A stretch of DNA of 62,910 nt, counting the filler, from Rhabdomonas costata (lineage: Eukaryota): NCBI GenBank assembly GCA_019059605.1. It is 29 parts of 29 records of this genome, joined end to end, with 100 filler letters (N's around TTAATTAATTAA, not from the genome) between each part and the next. Parts side by side here need not be neighbours in the genome. Positions count along the whole stretch, not along the records: positions 23,918 to 25,990 come from JAHMHO010005871.1; positions 26,091 to 28,163 come from JAHMHO010005872.1; positions 28,264 to 30,336 come from JAHMHO010005873.1; positions 30,437 to 32,514 come from JAHMHO010005874.1; positions 32,615 to 34,687 come from JAHMHO010005875.1; positions 34,788 to 36,860 come from JAHMHO010005876.1; positions 36,961 to 39,033 come from JAHMHO010005877.1; positions 39,134 to 41,205 come from JAHMHO010005878.1; 21 more parts are not named here. One strand, written 5' to 3'. Each line of letters starts with the position of its first letter. Position 1 is the stretch's first letter. The position numbers and the translations under genes were made by a program. The notes beneath the pieces were generated by a model that made no database searches, was not told where the DNA came from, and saw nothing but the letters and a program-made list of their open reading frames with translations. Positions 25,716 to 39,599 of this stretch are shown piece by piece.

Positions 25716-28700
25716 CTTGGGGTCAACGACCGACGTATGCACAGACATACAGACACGAACACCCAGGCACATCAATAAGAATGAAGAGTCTCATCGAGTC
25801 TCACCTCCCATTCGCAACGTACTGACCATCCATCCGTCTTTTTTCAATGGTAACGCTCAGGGATCTGGTAGAAGCGTAGAAGCATAAAACAATATCACTA
25901 CTTACAGTGGTGCAATCAGAAATTAACTGATGATGTCGAAGGACCATTTTAATTAGCCTGCTATTTATTAGGAGATACGCATGAATGGGTNNNNNNNNNN
26001 NNNNNNNNNNNNNNNNNNNNNNNNNNNNNNNNNNTTAATTAATTAANNNNNNNNNNNNNNNNNNNNNNNNNNNNNNNNNNNNNNNNNNNNGGTTTTGGTT
26101 TAGTCTCGAGCACACGATGCACTGCCAAAGTTGACTTGCAGAGTGAGGATTATTGTCAGTGCTGGGGAGCCGACTTGGCAGCAAGGAGGGGCCGACGTTG
26201 CGAAGGGAAGGCTCACTCTGCAGAGGAGCAAACCGCAAGCGATGCGATACACGATATTGTAAAGCAAAAGAGCCGCATGGCGCGTGCTGGAAGCTGATAT
26301 CGTCCGCGCCAAAATTGAGAGGTCTTTTGCGATGTACTCTAAAGGAGTTTTAAACTCACAAGCGATATCTCCCCGTAAAAAAAGTTTGCTGTAGAAGTCA
26401 ATACTCGCTTATGATCAAAGTGGTGAATTGCACTACTCATGGAATTTGGCATCACCGCATATTTGCACTCCTATCCCTTTCGATAATGAATGAATAAAAG
26501 ATGTTTCCAGTCATTGTACTGGTTCTCCGACGCTCACACGCTGACGAATCAATACTTTGGGGTCGCGGACAGTCACATTCCTTTCTCCCTACTAACAGCA
26601 ACAAATATGGAACAGTGGTGAACCTTCGCCCTGTTGCCCTATATACTGTATATACTGTGCATGGTAGCTGGTCCACCTTGTTCTCAGTCTTTACTCTTTA
26701 CCAAATAACAATAAAAACTTGCTCACCGTTTTTCATTTGTGTGCATTCTGTTATTGAGTTATATGTCAATTTCAACTTTGCGTGCCATTGAACCAATTAA
26801 GGCAGTGTAAAATTGGCGGAGGGCCAGGGAGAAGAACATGACGAGCAACTGCGCACAACGAAACCAGAGGAACCGGCTGAGACACTGAATGGTTAACTGA
26901 ATCTTAGGAGAGCTGCTACTCCAGGCGTTCCAACCACTCCAAGCAGGACAGACCGCTTCACCCTCAACCGACTTGAGATGCGCACGATGTTCCGACAAAG
27001 CCCGTGAACGACCCCAGCAAAAGATGGGGCAAAAGAAGGGAAGTGTCCAAAACAGGGGGGGGGGTCGGTCATGAGGGACCACACGAAAAAGATCAGATGT
27101 CGCTGAGCTTTTTTTTAGGGTGAGCATGAATAATACCTGTTTGTCACGGCACATGGGGTGGGGCTCAACTTGTCTCGCAGCAGGTCCAGCGGAGCGTCTC
27201 TCCAGGGAGTACGGGAATCCCCACCGATCCCCACCGTTTAGCTGGCCAAGCTCTGAAGGACACAACAATCAACAGCCACCTTCTGTGGACAGTCCAACTT
27301 TGAAATATCTTGCAAGCGCCTCACCAGTAGTACGCACAAGATTTTCCAATGTGCATCAATGAAGAAACACACTGGCAAAATACGGAGGAAAGAAAAAACC
27401 CAAGAGCAAAGAGTAGCTTCCGCACCATACGGGAGGGGATTTAGTCGATAGACCAAATCAGCCAATCGTGCGGATGAGCGTCTGTGTTTTCGTATGGGGG
27501 TGAAACGGGTACGGGTAACCGGTCAGTTTTCCATTACCTCCAGTTTGCATCTCATCCCCCCATCCCAAAGGAATTGGCCCCAAGTGGGATTCCCCCCACT
27601 CGCGCAATACGATCCCGGAAGCTTTTAACCATGAACAAAAGCAACGCAAGGGGCAGGGCGAGCGGTAGCACCTTCAAAAGTTCCTGTGGTGGGGCAGGCG
27701 TGGGTCGGTGCCGAACTCGGTGTCCCCAAGCCCGAACGAGGCTTCCCGCAAGGCTCCTTCAGCTTGCTTGCAGCGAAGGGTGAGCTTTTTTTTTTGGACA
27801 TTTTGACATTTTAACGACAAGATAAATTTCGGGTTTCCGAGAAATCAAAACGGCCGTTCACATCCCGTACACAAAGGAAAATTACCAAACCATCAATTGG
27901 AAAGTATTCCGAGATTCTGGATTGGTAGCGAATGGGAAGAGACTGCAAAAAGCTTCGCGAGTTGCCGCGTGAGTACCATCGCGACTAATCCATCGATTAC
28001 TTCGAAGCTTCGCTTCGTGGTAGCACGGGTGCAGGCAAAACCATACTCTCTTTGACACCCCTGCACTTCCGTATACGCACTTGCACTACTTGGCAGCATC
28101 GCGAAGCAAGAACGATAATCTCTCTCCAACAGAGGGTGATTCTCCGCTATCTACCCACCCCCCNNNNNNNNNNNNNNNNNNNNNNNNNNNNNNNNNNNNN
28201 NNNNNNNTTAATTAATTAANNNNNNNNNNNNNNNNNNNNNNNNNNNNNNNNNNNNNNNNNNNNGGGCATATGTACTCCTTGCCAACCACTTTGCACTGGT
28301 GTTGCCAGCGTCTACCTTGTGTGTGCCCACAGGATTTTCCAACTGAGGGCGCGCCGAATTTAGGAATGCCATCTTACTTGTGCACAAAAAACCACCATTA
28401 CTTAAGTACTTGTCCACCATTTTTGTGCCAGGACGTCCCGAAAGAAAATGTCCTTTGCTTTCCCAAGTTCCAACGGTCCTCGGAGAGCGGTTAGTTTTGG
28501 TGGTATCTGGCCATCAGCTATCCTTCTCGTGCCTGTGTGCACATCTTTGTGCAACCTTCTAGGCCTTTGACTTTGACCCGTGTTGGAAGCCGAAAATTTT
28601 ATGATGGTCACAAACTTAGGAACCGAAGAAAATCCGCTTTCCAGTTATTCGCTCACATCAGACCCAACCGAAGAAGAAGAAGAACTCGGATGAAAGAAAA

Positions 28701-29012
28701 AGCCCATGTGGCTGAGATGAGTGATAAGTGTAAGAAAGAGTGTTTTGAGATTATTGTATTAATTATTATCTCAGAACACTGCTCCGTTATTGATCATTGT
28801 ATTAATTATTGTATTATTAATGAGTTGCTTCGTTTTCGTTGCCTTCCCCTCCCTTTCCTTTCCTTTCCTTTCCTTTTCTCTGCTGCCTCTCCAGGGTGCC
28901 AAGCTTGCGGGTTGATTTGAAACCTAGTTCGCTGTTGAAGTTTTCTTTCTGGAGTTGTCGCGGGGTTGTCTGGGCGGTTCTTTACCTGCGTCCCCTGCCC
29001 CAGCAGAAAAAA

Positions 29013-29871
29013 ATGGAGCTTCGGCGGGTGCCAGACTCCCCAGTGCAGGTTGTTAAGCTCCTCCTGCATCTTTCTGCCCCACTCTCCTTCACTCCGGACA
29101 TGCTGAAAGGCCCTTTTGGCTTTCTTTTATCGCCCCCATTGAGAAGACATTTTCTGCTGTTTGGGTTGACGAAGCGCGTTTCCTTTTTTCCTGTGATTAA
29201 TCTGCGAGTACCGTTTGTAGTTGGGTCGGTGGTATCCTCCTCTGTCCTTCTGCCCCTCGCAGTATGAGCTGCAGCCAAGGCATACTTCCCCTTTGGCCTA
29301 CAGTGGAGGTGGCCGTGGGTCGACCGGAGCGGCGAAGGCCGAGGGGGCGGGCGACGACCTCCACGTTTGCGAGGTCTCCGTCACGGTGCACCCCAATGAG
29401 GACCTAGAGCTGCGCGCCACCTTCGCCCGTGGCGGGGCTGCGGCCCAGCCCACGCCTGAGGCCGAACTGGCTGCGCTATGCTACACCAACGCCACCCTAC
29501 AGAGGCGACTGGTGCGCTTCTCTCTCTTTCTCCATCCTTGCTTCTTTCCTTTCCCACAGCGTCTCTCTCCCAGGTAGCCCGCTTTGTGCCACCCTCACCC
29601 CGCAACTTATCAAAAGACGAGCGTTTCTCTGGAGTTGTGCAGAGGCATGCGGCCTCTCTAAATCGTCTTTACAGGATCCTTTTCAGATTTGCTGGCTGTG
29701 GAAAGAACTGACGCCTTTCTGGGAGGTGGAGTGTGCCGGTCACAACACCTGGGTTTTCCTCATAGGATGCTGCGAGTGAGGCTCTGCAATCGGCCTCCCA
29801 GGAGCGGTGGCTGCTCCAACGCGCCGTGGCCGAGGCAAATGCGCGGATAGTGAAACTCCAAATCCAACTGA
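29013..29871 (+). CDS. Coiled-coil protein, 5' part
   Basis: Three in-phase GT-AG exons 29013-29048, 29263-29511 and 29766-29871: MELRRVPDSPVQ|YELQPRHTSP...NATLQRRL|DAASEALQSASQERWLLQRAVAEANARIVKLQIQL. Confidence 0.6.
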
Positions 29872-30619
29872 GTGAGCCCCAGCGGACTCCTACGGTCTGT
29901 TCTTGTTGGGTTGTTGTGCATTCCTATTTGCGTGCTTGGGTTTTGTGTCCTTGTGTCCTTGCCTGGGTGTGTCCGCCTGTCTCTGTTTGTCTGTCTTTAT
30001 GTGTCTGTCTATCCTACTTTCCGCCAGCAACGTGTTGGAACAAAAACAGAGCACCGCAAGGCACGGCACAGTTACAGTGAACAGTGAACGGCGTCCATAG
30101 AGTTCTGGAGGCGCAACAAAAGCACAGCACGGTAGCACAGTTGCACCAGGCGAGGGAGGGAGCGGTGTGAGGACAGGTAGGTGAGACAGGGTTAAGGGGA
30201 AAATTCTGAAAAGATGAACTCTGCAGAGGTGGAGAGAGAGATTAGCACATCAACCACTGGTATGGAGCGGTTGATGTGCTAATCTCTCTCTCTCCACCTC
30301 TGCAGAGTTCATCTTTTCAGAATTTTCCCCACACCCNNNNNNNNNNNNNNNNNNNNNNNNNNNNNNNNNNNNNNNNNNNNTTAATTAATTAANNNNNNNN
30401 NNNNNNNNNNNNNNNNNNNNNNNNNNNNNNNNNNNNAACCCCCGGGAGTGCCAGTACCACCTTTGCACTCACCGAAAAGAAACTTTGACAGGTGGCCGGC
30501 ACTGCTTCACCAGTACTGCATCTTTGCATGAAAGGCAGTGAAAACCAAACCTCTCATCAAAAATATCGTACATCACATAAAAAAGCTGCGAAACATTGCC
30601 AAGGGCGAAAGCAACGTAC

Positions 30620-31373
30620 CTTTGTAATGGTGTCAATGGCGCGCTGCATCGCACGCACAGTGTTGTCCCCGGTCCAGCAGTACTGGGCATGGGCGTACAT
30701 CTGGTAAATCACCTTCAGGCGTTCCTGGAGAAAGAAGCGTGACACTATATTCCACGGGCCCTGCGAAACCATCACCACCAGCAAAAAGTCGATGCTGCTT
30801 CACAGAGAGGTGTGGAAAACACCAATCCAGGCAAAGGGTGGTGAAAGCAAATCGGCCCCGGCGGAACGCGAACCCCACTCCCATCAATGTTACCCTCCTT
30901 CCGACACACACGCGCAAACATTTTTGTTCGACGGGGGCTTCGTGCTCTCCACCAGAGGGATCTCGACCTCGTCCCCAGAGTGGCCCGTGATGCGGTAGAA
31001 CAGCTTGTCCTCAAAACCGTGAAACGCCTGCGCAAGAGAAGGCACAATTGTAGACGTGAGGCACCAGGCTGAAAGGTTTTTGGCGCCATGTCAGTACAAA
31101 AAGATGCGCAGGTCTGCCATCCACCCAACTGCAATCAAAAATAGTGTCACCATCATTTTCGGTGTGTTGTTTCTAGCAGTGCATCGCCTCCCAGCCCCCT
31201 GCTGAACATGTCTTGGAGAGCCCCCTTGATGATTATCTGTGGATGAAGAACGGAACGAATTAACCTCAGCAAGCAAGGTAACTGAACCCTCTGTGATCAT
31301 CACACCGCAGGAATCGGGGGGTGGGCACTTTATGGAGGAGGATGCCCAGCTCTGTTCCATCCCCTCTGCTGCG

Positions 31374-31406
<33 letters not shown>

Positions 31407-32495
31407 CCATGATCATCACAGCGACCTCCGCCGTGCGGTCCAGCCGTCCGTCCATCCCGTTGAAGCGGTACATGCTGGCGCTGACGTCCAGCACAAAGAA
31501 CAGCCTCTTCTTCTTGTGCTCTCCGTGCCAGCCTAGGGATCACCCCCAAATGCTCCCTCCCTTCTCTCGGGCGGCGTTAGTGTGTGATGAAGGAGGATCA
31601 AGAACAGAAGGCGCCGAGCGAGGAGCTGAAAGGCCTCAGGAGGTGGGACCGGTAGCTTGGCAACGAATGACATGCTCCCGCAGAATCGGCTTCGACGGCG
31701 AAGCTTGCCGTGTCTAATACGCTGTGGAGGACGTCTTCTGGAGATAAGTACTCATTCGTTCTCGTTTCTGGTGTGCTGGGGAATGGGGTAAAAGGACACC
31801 CCCCCCGGGGGGAATGAGACTTTTCCCTTGGCAAAAAGTGAGGCAACCTGGGGCACAGGAGAGGAGTGGGGGGAGAAGAGAGGAGAAACCCTCGGGGTTG
31901 GGGTCCTCCCCGCGGCGCTTGAAGATCGCCTTCTCACCGGTAAGGCCCTCGATCAGCTTGTTCTCGTCCCACACTCCGTCGGTCTGGTTCCGCAGCCACG
32001 TCCGCTCCTGCGACTTGGACTGCAGGCCTGTCACCATGCGCATCCACCCACAATACACACACAAAATAAAATCGGGACAGCCTGCATCTCCAACAAGACA
32101 ACCGCCCCATGCTAGAAGCCTGGAACAGCACAAAGCAAAAGAGCAACATTCTTGGAGATAAAAAGATCTGCAGCTCATACTTAGATTCTTCGGTTTCGGC
32201 AAGAAAACCCCAGGTTTGTTTGATTTGCTCATATCGTTTGAAAGCAAATCCGTCTGAATCACCACACCAAAGAATCCAAAAACAGTTTCACCACCCTTTC
32301 GGAGAAGCACCCCAACAACGAAAGGAAGGATGGGAAGCGAGGCGGCGACTAAAGCTCACAGTACCTTTGAGCATCTCCTTAATGATGGTGATCTGCTGGC
32401 TAACATCGTTGTAGAACTTCATGTACAGCGAGTCTTCGTGCTTGCTCATGTTGATCTCGCTGAGGCGCTTCGACAGGGCCTCCTTCCCCATCGCC
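30620..32495 (-). CDS. VWA8: von Willebrand factor A domain-containing protein 8, C-terminal VWA region
   Basis: Five in-phase GT-AG exons (32495-32365, 32027-31890, 31532-31405, 31027-30920, 30724-30620): ERTWLRNQTDGVWDENKLIEGLTGEKAIFKRRG...LFFVLDVSASMYRFNGMDGRLDR...ITGHSGD...MYAHAQYCWTGDNT. Confidence 0.93.
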
Positions 32496-35180
32496 CTGCA
32501 GTGCCCAATTCCTTNNNNNNNNNNNNNNNNNNNNNNNNNNNNNNNNNNNNNNNNNNNNTTAATTAATTAANNNNNNNNNNNNNNNNNNNNNNNNNNNNNN
32601 NNNNNNNNNNNNNNTGTTTGGGAAAGGAGCGGGGGTAGGTTAACCGTGTAGAAGTTCTTCCACGCCTACAACCAGAATGGGTTGTAGCAGAGCTGCACCG
32701 GCTGACACCACCGCTCCAAAATCCCCCTCGCCCCACCGCGCTGCTGACCCCCTCAAAACTTTTTTGCGTCGGGCGTGGCTTCTCATACTGTGGGAATTCC
32801 CGTCGTCTTTGTCCTGAACGGCTTGCCTGCATGTGCATAACCCCCTTCCCAGTCTTCTGTTGGAATTACTGGGAACGCATGTGTCGACAGGCAAAGGATG
32901 ACACGAGCGTAGCGAGTAGGTTGGGACATTACGAACGGAGTGAGGAACGTAGTGAGAGAGCGCCGCCGGAGGCGGTCTTACCATCTCATTCGGTCCCCCC
33001 ACTAACATCACTACCATGGTTCGCTCCACCACAATAAGGATGGTTACGCTCTCGTCGTTCCACCACCATAAGGTGCTTCCACTCCACATTCAACATCAAC
33101 CCCTCTGCTCTGTCGCCCTCTGCGTGCTTCACTTCGAGTCACTCTCATGGGGGTTCAGGCTTAGACGGAGGGCATGTCAGCGTAGCTTAGCGGAGATCGC
33201 ATGACCGGAGTGGCTTCAGCACCTGCGGTAGGAACCCCTCATCCCCACTTCACGTTGGAGGCATTCTAACACCCCTCTGTCAACATCATGCATCTAGAGG
33301 TGCAGCGTAAGAGTAAGAGGTGACATCTTGACATCACTTGGTTGGTCGCTGCGCTCCCTCACATCCAACATCTCACTTCTCACTTTTAGCGGTGGAATAC
33401 CTCACTTCATTCTGAATGTTTCTCTTGGTGTAATCTTTGTGTGATGGTCGCCCTCGGCGGGCTCGTCTTCGCATCCCTTGGTAGCATTGGGTATTCATGT
33501 ACGAGATGGCCTATGCCTCAAGGTATCAAGCGGAACGCAGTGACGAAGCGGAGTAGGAGGGAAGAGTGGACATTAGCGGAGTCAAGCGTATGCGTGGACG
33601 GAGCGAGATCTCTGCCGAAGGCATTCCTACTCCTCTTGTATCCATAAGGTGGGTTTTAGCGTGGTGGCCGCTGCCCACCCTCACATCACTCATGACATGA
33701 ACCCCTCAACGTGAGGTGGGGTAATGCATGAGGTCGGGTGATGACTGCAGCGGCCACTGTCATCTATCATCTGCATCCTCTCACGCCCTGACACCCATGC
33801 AGCATGGTTGATGCGTTGGGTGTATCAGCTGAGGCATCCATAACTGAATGTCGGTCTCGGCGACCTCCACTTTGGCACTTCTATCCTCAGGGTTAACACC
33901 GGTAGGCATCACCACTACCAGGATTACCACGCCATGACCACCAGATGGGTGACTGCATCGTCACTCTCAGCGTACCAACATCAACACTATGCGTGGGATT
34001 ACAGGGTGGTTATACCCATACCACTACATAGGTTGGCATTGGCACTACTGCTAGCACCAACACTGCCACAACTACCATAGAGTAGGGGTATAGCCTCAGG
34101 TGTAGCGTACCAGCATAGCACTGTCACTACCCTTCCGCTCTACCACCATCAACTTACATGCGTATACAACCACTTTGGCAATACACCATAACCTGGTCAT
34201 ACACACATATACGCTGTGGTGTAGTGTCTCTGGTCGCACAGGGCCACGTGACGTGTGCCAACCTGTGGTTTACGCCAATGGCTCACCCTATACGAATACC
34301 GACGCCAGTAACCCCAATCAACAGCATAGTAGACCCTTGAAGACCGAGAATGCAAAAACCGAAGCACAAATACCCAAGCGAAAATCACCGAATTCATCTT
34401 TTTCATACCAAATCCACCAAATTACACCCTAACTCCCAGACTCGTGACATTTACCGGTACTATCATCAGCATACACGCCAAGGTGGTGATGGGAAATGAT
34501 GTCTGATACCCTTGCACCAAGAAATACCATCAATTGAATTTTGGTGTACGTTACACCAAATAACACTATCATTGAAAAACGCAGTTCTTAAAAATGTGGT
34601 AAAATTGCCATTTTTTTTTTTTGAGAATTCTGAGATATTAAAGGGTGGATTTATGGTGTAAAGATACGTACACATATGAACACAACANNNNNNNNNNNNN
34701 NNNNNNNNNNNNNNNNNNNNNNNNNNNNNNNTTAATTAATTAANNNNNNNNNNNNNNNNNNNNNNNNNNNNNNNNNNNNNNNNNNNNGGTTGTGTTGGGC
34801 GTGTTGGGGGTTGGGGGCTCCAATTCTCACCCTTCAGGGATCCACATTCGTTTCCGGGAAGGATGCTTATTCTTTCGAGTGTTGGCTTTCGGGCAATCAC
34901 TTTTTTCCGGAAACAAAACGTAAATGAACGAGAGAACGTGGTGAACAGCAGTGTACGGTGCGTGCACTATTCATTTTTTAATCAGCCCCCCTCAGTCACA
35001 TAAGCTGATGGGGGGGGGGGTCAACCCATCCATCCTCATCAAATTGAGATGAATTCAAAGGAGCTGTTCAAATTGTCAACAAAATGGAGAACAAACCAAG
35101 GCGGATATGATTTGAGAGATATGAGAGAAAAAACCCACAAATACTGCACATACCAGACACTGGGCAGGAAGGAGACTTGC

Positions 35181-36850
35181 CGAACGGAGGCCCGGTACGG
35201 GGTGTTGAACTTCAGCCCCGTGAGAGTGAGCGTTGTGCCCCGTACCCGGCGGTAGCCCGAGGAGGGGGTGGCTGGCCCCCCACCACCACAGCTGCCGGGA
35301 TGCGGGCGGGCAGCAGCCTCGGCGCCAAAGCCTGGGGAAGCGAACGCGAGAAGCGTGGGGGGCGTGGGTGGAATGAGCGCGTTCTGTGGGTGCTCTCGAC
35401 CCTTCCGACAGTTTGTTCATTCTATTCTGAGCTTGCGACCGAATTCTCCCACTGGAGGATTGCTGCGTGGTGTGGCGTGTGGCGTCCTTTTGAGAGTGTG
35501 TCAAGCGAACAGCGCTGGCTGAATGCGGAGCTGATATTGAAGCCCTCTGGCCGTCTTTTTTGCCTGCTGCGCTTATAAACTGCGTTGATGTGCTCGGAGT
35601 CTGCTGGATTGGTGTGGTCCACATGCTCCTTGATGCTCGCTTCCTAAGGCCAGCAAATGAAGGAAACAGTCAAAGAGTGGTTTATCCAGAGGGGGGGTTT
35701 GGAAGGCATACCCTCCGATGGCCGTGTCTGCGCCGAGGCAGAGGGGCTCAGGGGTGCCAAAGGGGCCTCGGAGTCTTCCGCGGTGTCCACACGGATATCC
35801 ACCTGCCGGGAAGAAAGAAGAATATGAGGAACCGTGGTCGCCGCCATAACCTCCAACATCTTCCAAGATAAGCAAGAAAGTGGAATGCAACAGTTTTCCT
35901 GTCTTTAAACCCCCTAAAAGATGCCGTTGTTTGGGCACATGTGTTGTAATGACACTGTTTGGCGTTAGATCAAGAAAACAGTAAGAAAGGGAGTGCAGCG
36001 AAGTGCCTTCTGCGCCGAAGGCGAGATTTCTTCGCGTGATTCCGTGTTAATTTTTGAAGCGAGCTCTATATTCTATGATAGGCTGCTTTTGGTGAAGGAC
36101 GTGTGCGTTCGGGTGTGAGCGCAGCCATGTGGTGCGTTCTGAGTTTCGGTGTACCGAACTTTAGTTGGAGAGAACACAATGTATGTGTGCGTTGGGAGAA
36201 GGGTAGCTGTGAGAAGGAAAGGGGTCGCAAATGAGGTGAATTCACCTCGTAGTCAGCCTGCTCCTCGGGAAGGACACCAATGGGAATTCTACCCGAGGGG
36301 TCCACCCGCCGCCTCCACCGAAGGGAGACGTAGTTCTCTCCCATGCTGGTCACCTCTGGGAGGGCAACAAAGGCAGAGAGTTTTGCGGAGTGATGCCAGG
36401 ATAGAACAAGGGCTCCACATAAAAGCTCACAAACCCCACCCGCAAAACAGGAAGTGATTGCCTCACAATTACAGAGCGGGTCCAAAGTGGGGGTTTGCCT
36501 TGTAGAGTGAAGGCAGAGCACCCGTCTTTGCCGCGAAAATGCTTCGTTCCCGGGCCTCAAACCTTCGCAGTTGTGGGGTTCAGGCTGTGAAGTCTCGTAA
36601 AGTCCACCACAACCACTTGCATACAAAGAACAGTCAATTCCTCTCTCCGCTTTGCCATGGTCCCTGTCAACCCCGACGCAACGGTGAAGCCTTCCAACAT
36701 CGTTATACACTGTCCTCCCAGCACCCTTGATCCATCCCCCCCCCTCCGCAAACCCAGCTGAATGGGGTGCAGAGTCATGAAGGTAGAGGAGTCCGAAGAG
36801 AAGGAGTTGTAGTCCGCCGCGACCACGGGAAGGCTGACCGCAGTCGTGCC
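35181..36850 (-). CDS. Fibronectin type III repeat protein, partial
   Basis: In-phase exons (about 36850)-36754, 36355-36246, 35802-35712 and 35331-35181: FMTLHPIQL|EVTSMGENYVSLRW...YE|VDI...|...TTLTLTGLKFNTPYRASVR (FN3 W and L..L...T.Y motifs). Last donor is GCAAGT. Confidence 0.75.
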
Positions 36851-39599
36851 CCCACCAAAANNNNNNNNNNNNNNNNNNNNNNNNNNNNNNNNNNNNNNNN
36901 NNNNTTAATTAATTAANNNNNNNNNNNNNNNNNNNNNNNNNNNNNNNNNNNNNNNNNNNNGCATTTCCTTCGCCCAGAGCCTACTTTTTCGATGGATAAC
37001 CTTTACAAAGAGGGTAACCTTCACAAAGATAGCTCCGGTGCAATGGATCTCGTTTTATCGTTTTTGTTTGAATTGCCGTTTCACACATACGCCCTATATT
37101 GATTAAGTGTGCTTTTTCTTTGATGCGTGGGCCTGGCATTTTTTCTCTTCGGTTTCGAATTGTAAGCTTTGGTTCTAACCTAGTTATATGTTGCGGTTCT
37201 TTCCATCACATTGCATGTGTTGTCCTTGACTTCTTTCTGCTTGTGCAGCCGTCGCGGAATCTCAGTCGTGGAGCATTGCTGGCGCCCTCTCAGTTTGTAG
37301 CCTTTCAGCGGCTTTCTCAGAGGGGACAGTGGCTGCTGCTCCGCCTTGGGCACGCCATTGACTCGGACGGGCTTCCTCGAGGCTTGGTGTGGGTGGCGCT
37401 TCTGGTGTGTTCCGGTTCATGACTCATGTTTGGTTGACGGGTTAACCTGCCTCGGTTGAGTTTGTCACAATGCATTATCCTCGTTTCAACACGGCAAACT
37501 TGCCTGTTTGGTTCACCTAACCGTGTCCCTTGTCCCAAATTGCCCTAATGAGGTACTTTTAGTCTTACAGAAGCTAAAATGAGTGGTGAAAAAAGTGATA
37601 TTTATATGGTGATGTTTGCTACTTTTTGTTTGTATGTTATGTCACCGCTTTCATCTCTCCTGACATGAGCCATTTCTTGTTCATGTTTGTTCATTCTTTT
37701 CTTTTCTTTTCCACGAACACAGCGCTTTCTTCGAGCTTTCAGCTCGAAAGTCTGGACGTCGTCATGCTCGGTTTGCGGTAGAAAGCTGTCCAGAGGTGTG
37801 CATCAGGTGGTGTGCGGGTGGATTTGCTGCGCTGTTTGCGCTGTTCTGAAGGTTTGTGTCCTAAATTTGCGTCACACACATTTTCGCTCATACATATTAG
37901 CGTGATCATCTGATGTTACTCATTTCCAATCGGACTTTATTTCAGGACAAGGCATTACCACTGTCCCTGCCTTTTCTTTCCAAAGAAGTGATCGAAGAAA
38001 CTGTCGTTCTTGCTCACGCTCTCGTTTGCATACGATTATTGTCCGCATTGGTTGCGAGTCTTCTACGAAGCAACTTCAACATACATGGTGCAACAGGGAA
38101 CAAAGAGATGGGAAAGTGTTATTGTATTCATTGCATCGCCGCTGTGTCCGCTTCTGGACCCACATAAGGGTGTCTCAAACAATAAACTCTGTGTTAATGT
38201 TGACACGTGGGGGCTACGATTGCTTTCGCATTGTCCTGGCCAGATTCCCTCACTGGGGCAGAGGTTCCTCCTGTGTGGCCTTCCATGGCGGCTATTCAAC
38301 TAAGTCATCTGTCAGCTGATGTGAGGTGCAGCCCCTCTCCAAATTCCCCGCTCGACTGCTTCCACCCGCACTGCCTCTCACTCGACCCCATAGCTGGGGC
38401 CCGGGAGGAGGCTTGGCTTGCTATGTTGCTTCGGTCTCGGCTGAAGTTCCTTGTTGTGGATCATCTCTGAAGTGGAAAGTGCCCGCAGGAGCTTCGGAGC
38501 CGTGGACCTTTGAATGCAAGACAGCACCTCACATGGGGCGTGAATGCTGGGTATGGCTAGAGGTGGGTTGGCACCTGCTCGCCTCACTATGTCGCTACGG
38601 GCGGCATTTCATACCTTCTCCTGGACCAATGCTCCGTAAGTCTTGGGGCTCTTTCTGCACGCCCACAGCCGCCGCCCACCCCCCTTCCCTCCGAATTGCG
38701 GCGTAAGTCCAAGGAACAGACAACGCGATATGATGATACAGTGATGATCTGGCCAGCTCGGATGGGCAGGGAAGGATACACCCGGGATTATTGCTCTCTT
38801 TCTATCTTTTCCCGTGAACTCTCGTGAACAGTGGACATCCGCTTCAACTGGTAGCTGGGTAACTGGCCTTCCTTTGCAACGTCGCACTGTTGGGTTTTCT
38901 GAGAACGGGGGAGAAGGGCGCGGTTTCAAGACTTTTTCAGAAGGTCCCCTCTTGCACAGAATATAAAGACCCACAAACTGGATCTGCTAATATGGCACAA
39001 TATTTGCCTTAAAGTAGATCGCTCCCAACAACCNNNNNNNNNNNNNNNNNNNNNNNNNNNNNNNNNNNNNNNNNNNNTTAATTAATTAANNNNNNNNNNN
39101 NNNNNNNNNNNNNNNNNNNNNNNNNNNNNNNNNTTTGTTTTGTATACGTAAATTTCAGGGAGAAGAGTAACTCTCAAGAAACCATATGTTAGGCAAACCA
39201 ATTGTATATGAGGCCTCCACCGGTCTGTATTGGTATGCGTTGTCTTCTTTTTTTGTTTCTTTTCATTGGTTTGCTCCTCGTTGGGACTATCGCGCACAAT
39301 CACACACACTATTTAAACCTCCGCCAGAGCCCCACGAACAGGATCTGCAGGGTAGCCGCAGACCACTACCTATCCGTAGGCATCATAACTCATCGAAACA
39401 ATGATTCCGAAACGTTTTTTTCGGTTGCATTCATTCTCTTCACGGTTTAGGGTATCACCCAGATTTAACAGTTTCTCGTTCGCCCGTGGTTGCAAACACT
39501 AAGCTCTGCGGAAGCGGAAGCAGCGGACGTTCACTGACTGGACGTGATTCAAGTGCGAACGGGTACCAACAGGACCAGGGCTGGGGGAGTGGCTGACAC

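Noticed and set aside
26091-28163. Short open segments in this contig (also 36961-39033 and 61766-62128)
   Set aside because: No recognisable domain or consistent exon chain.
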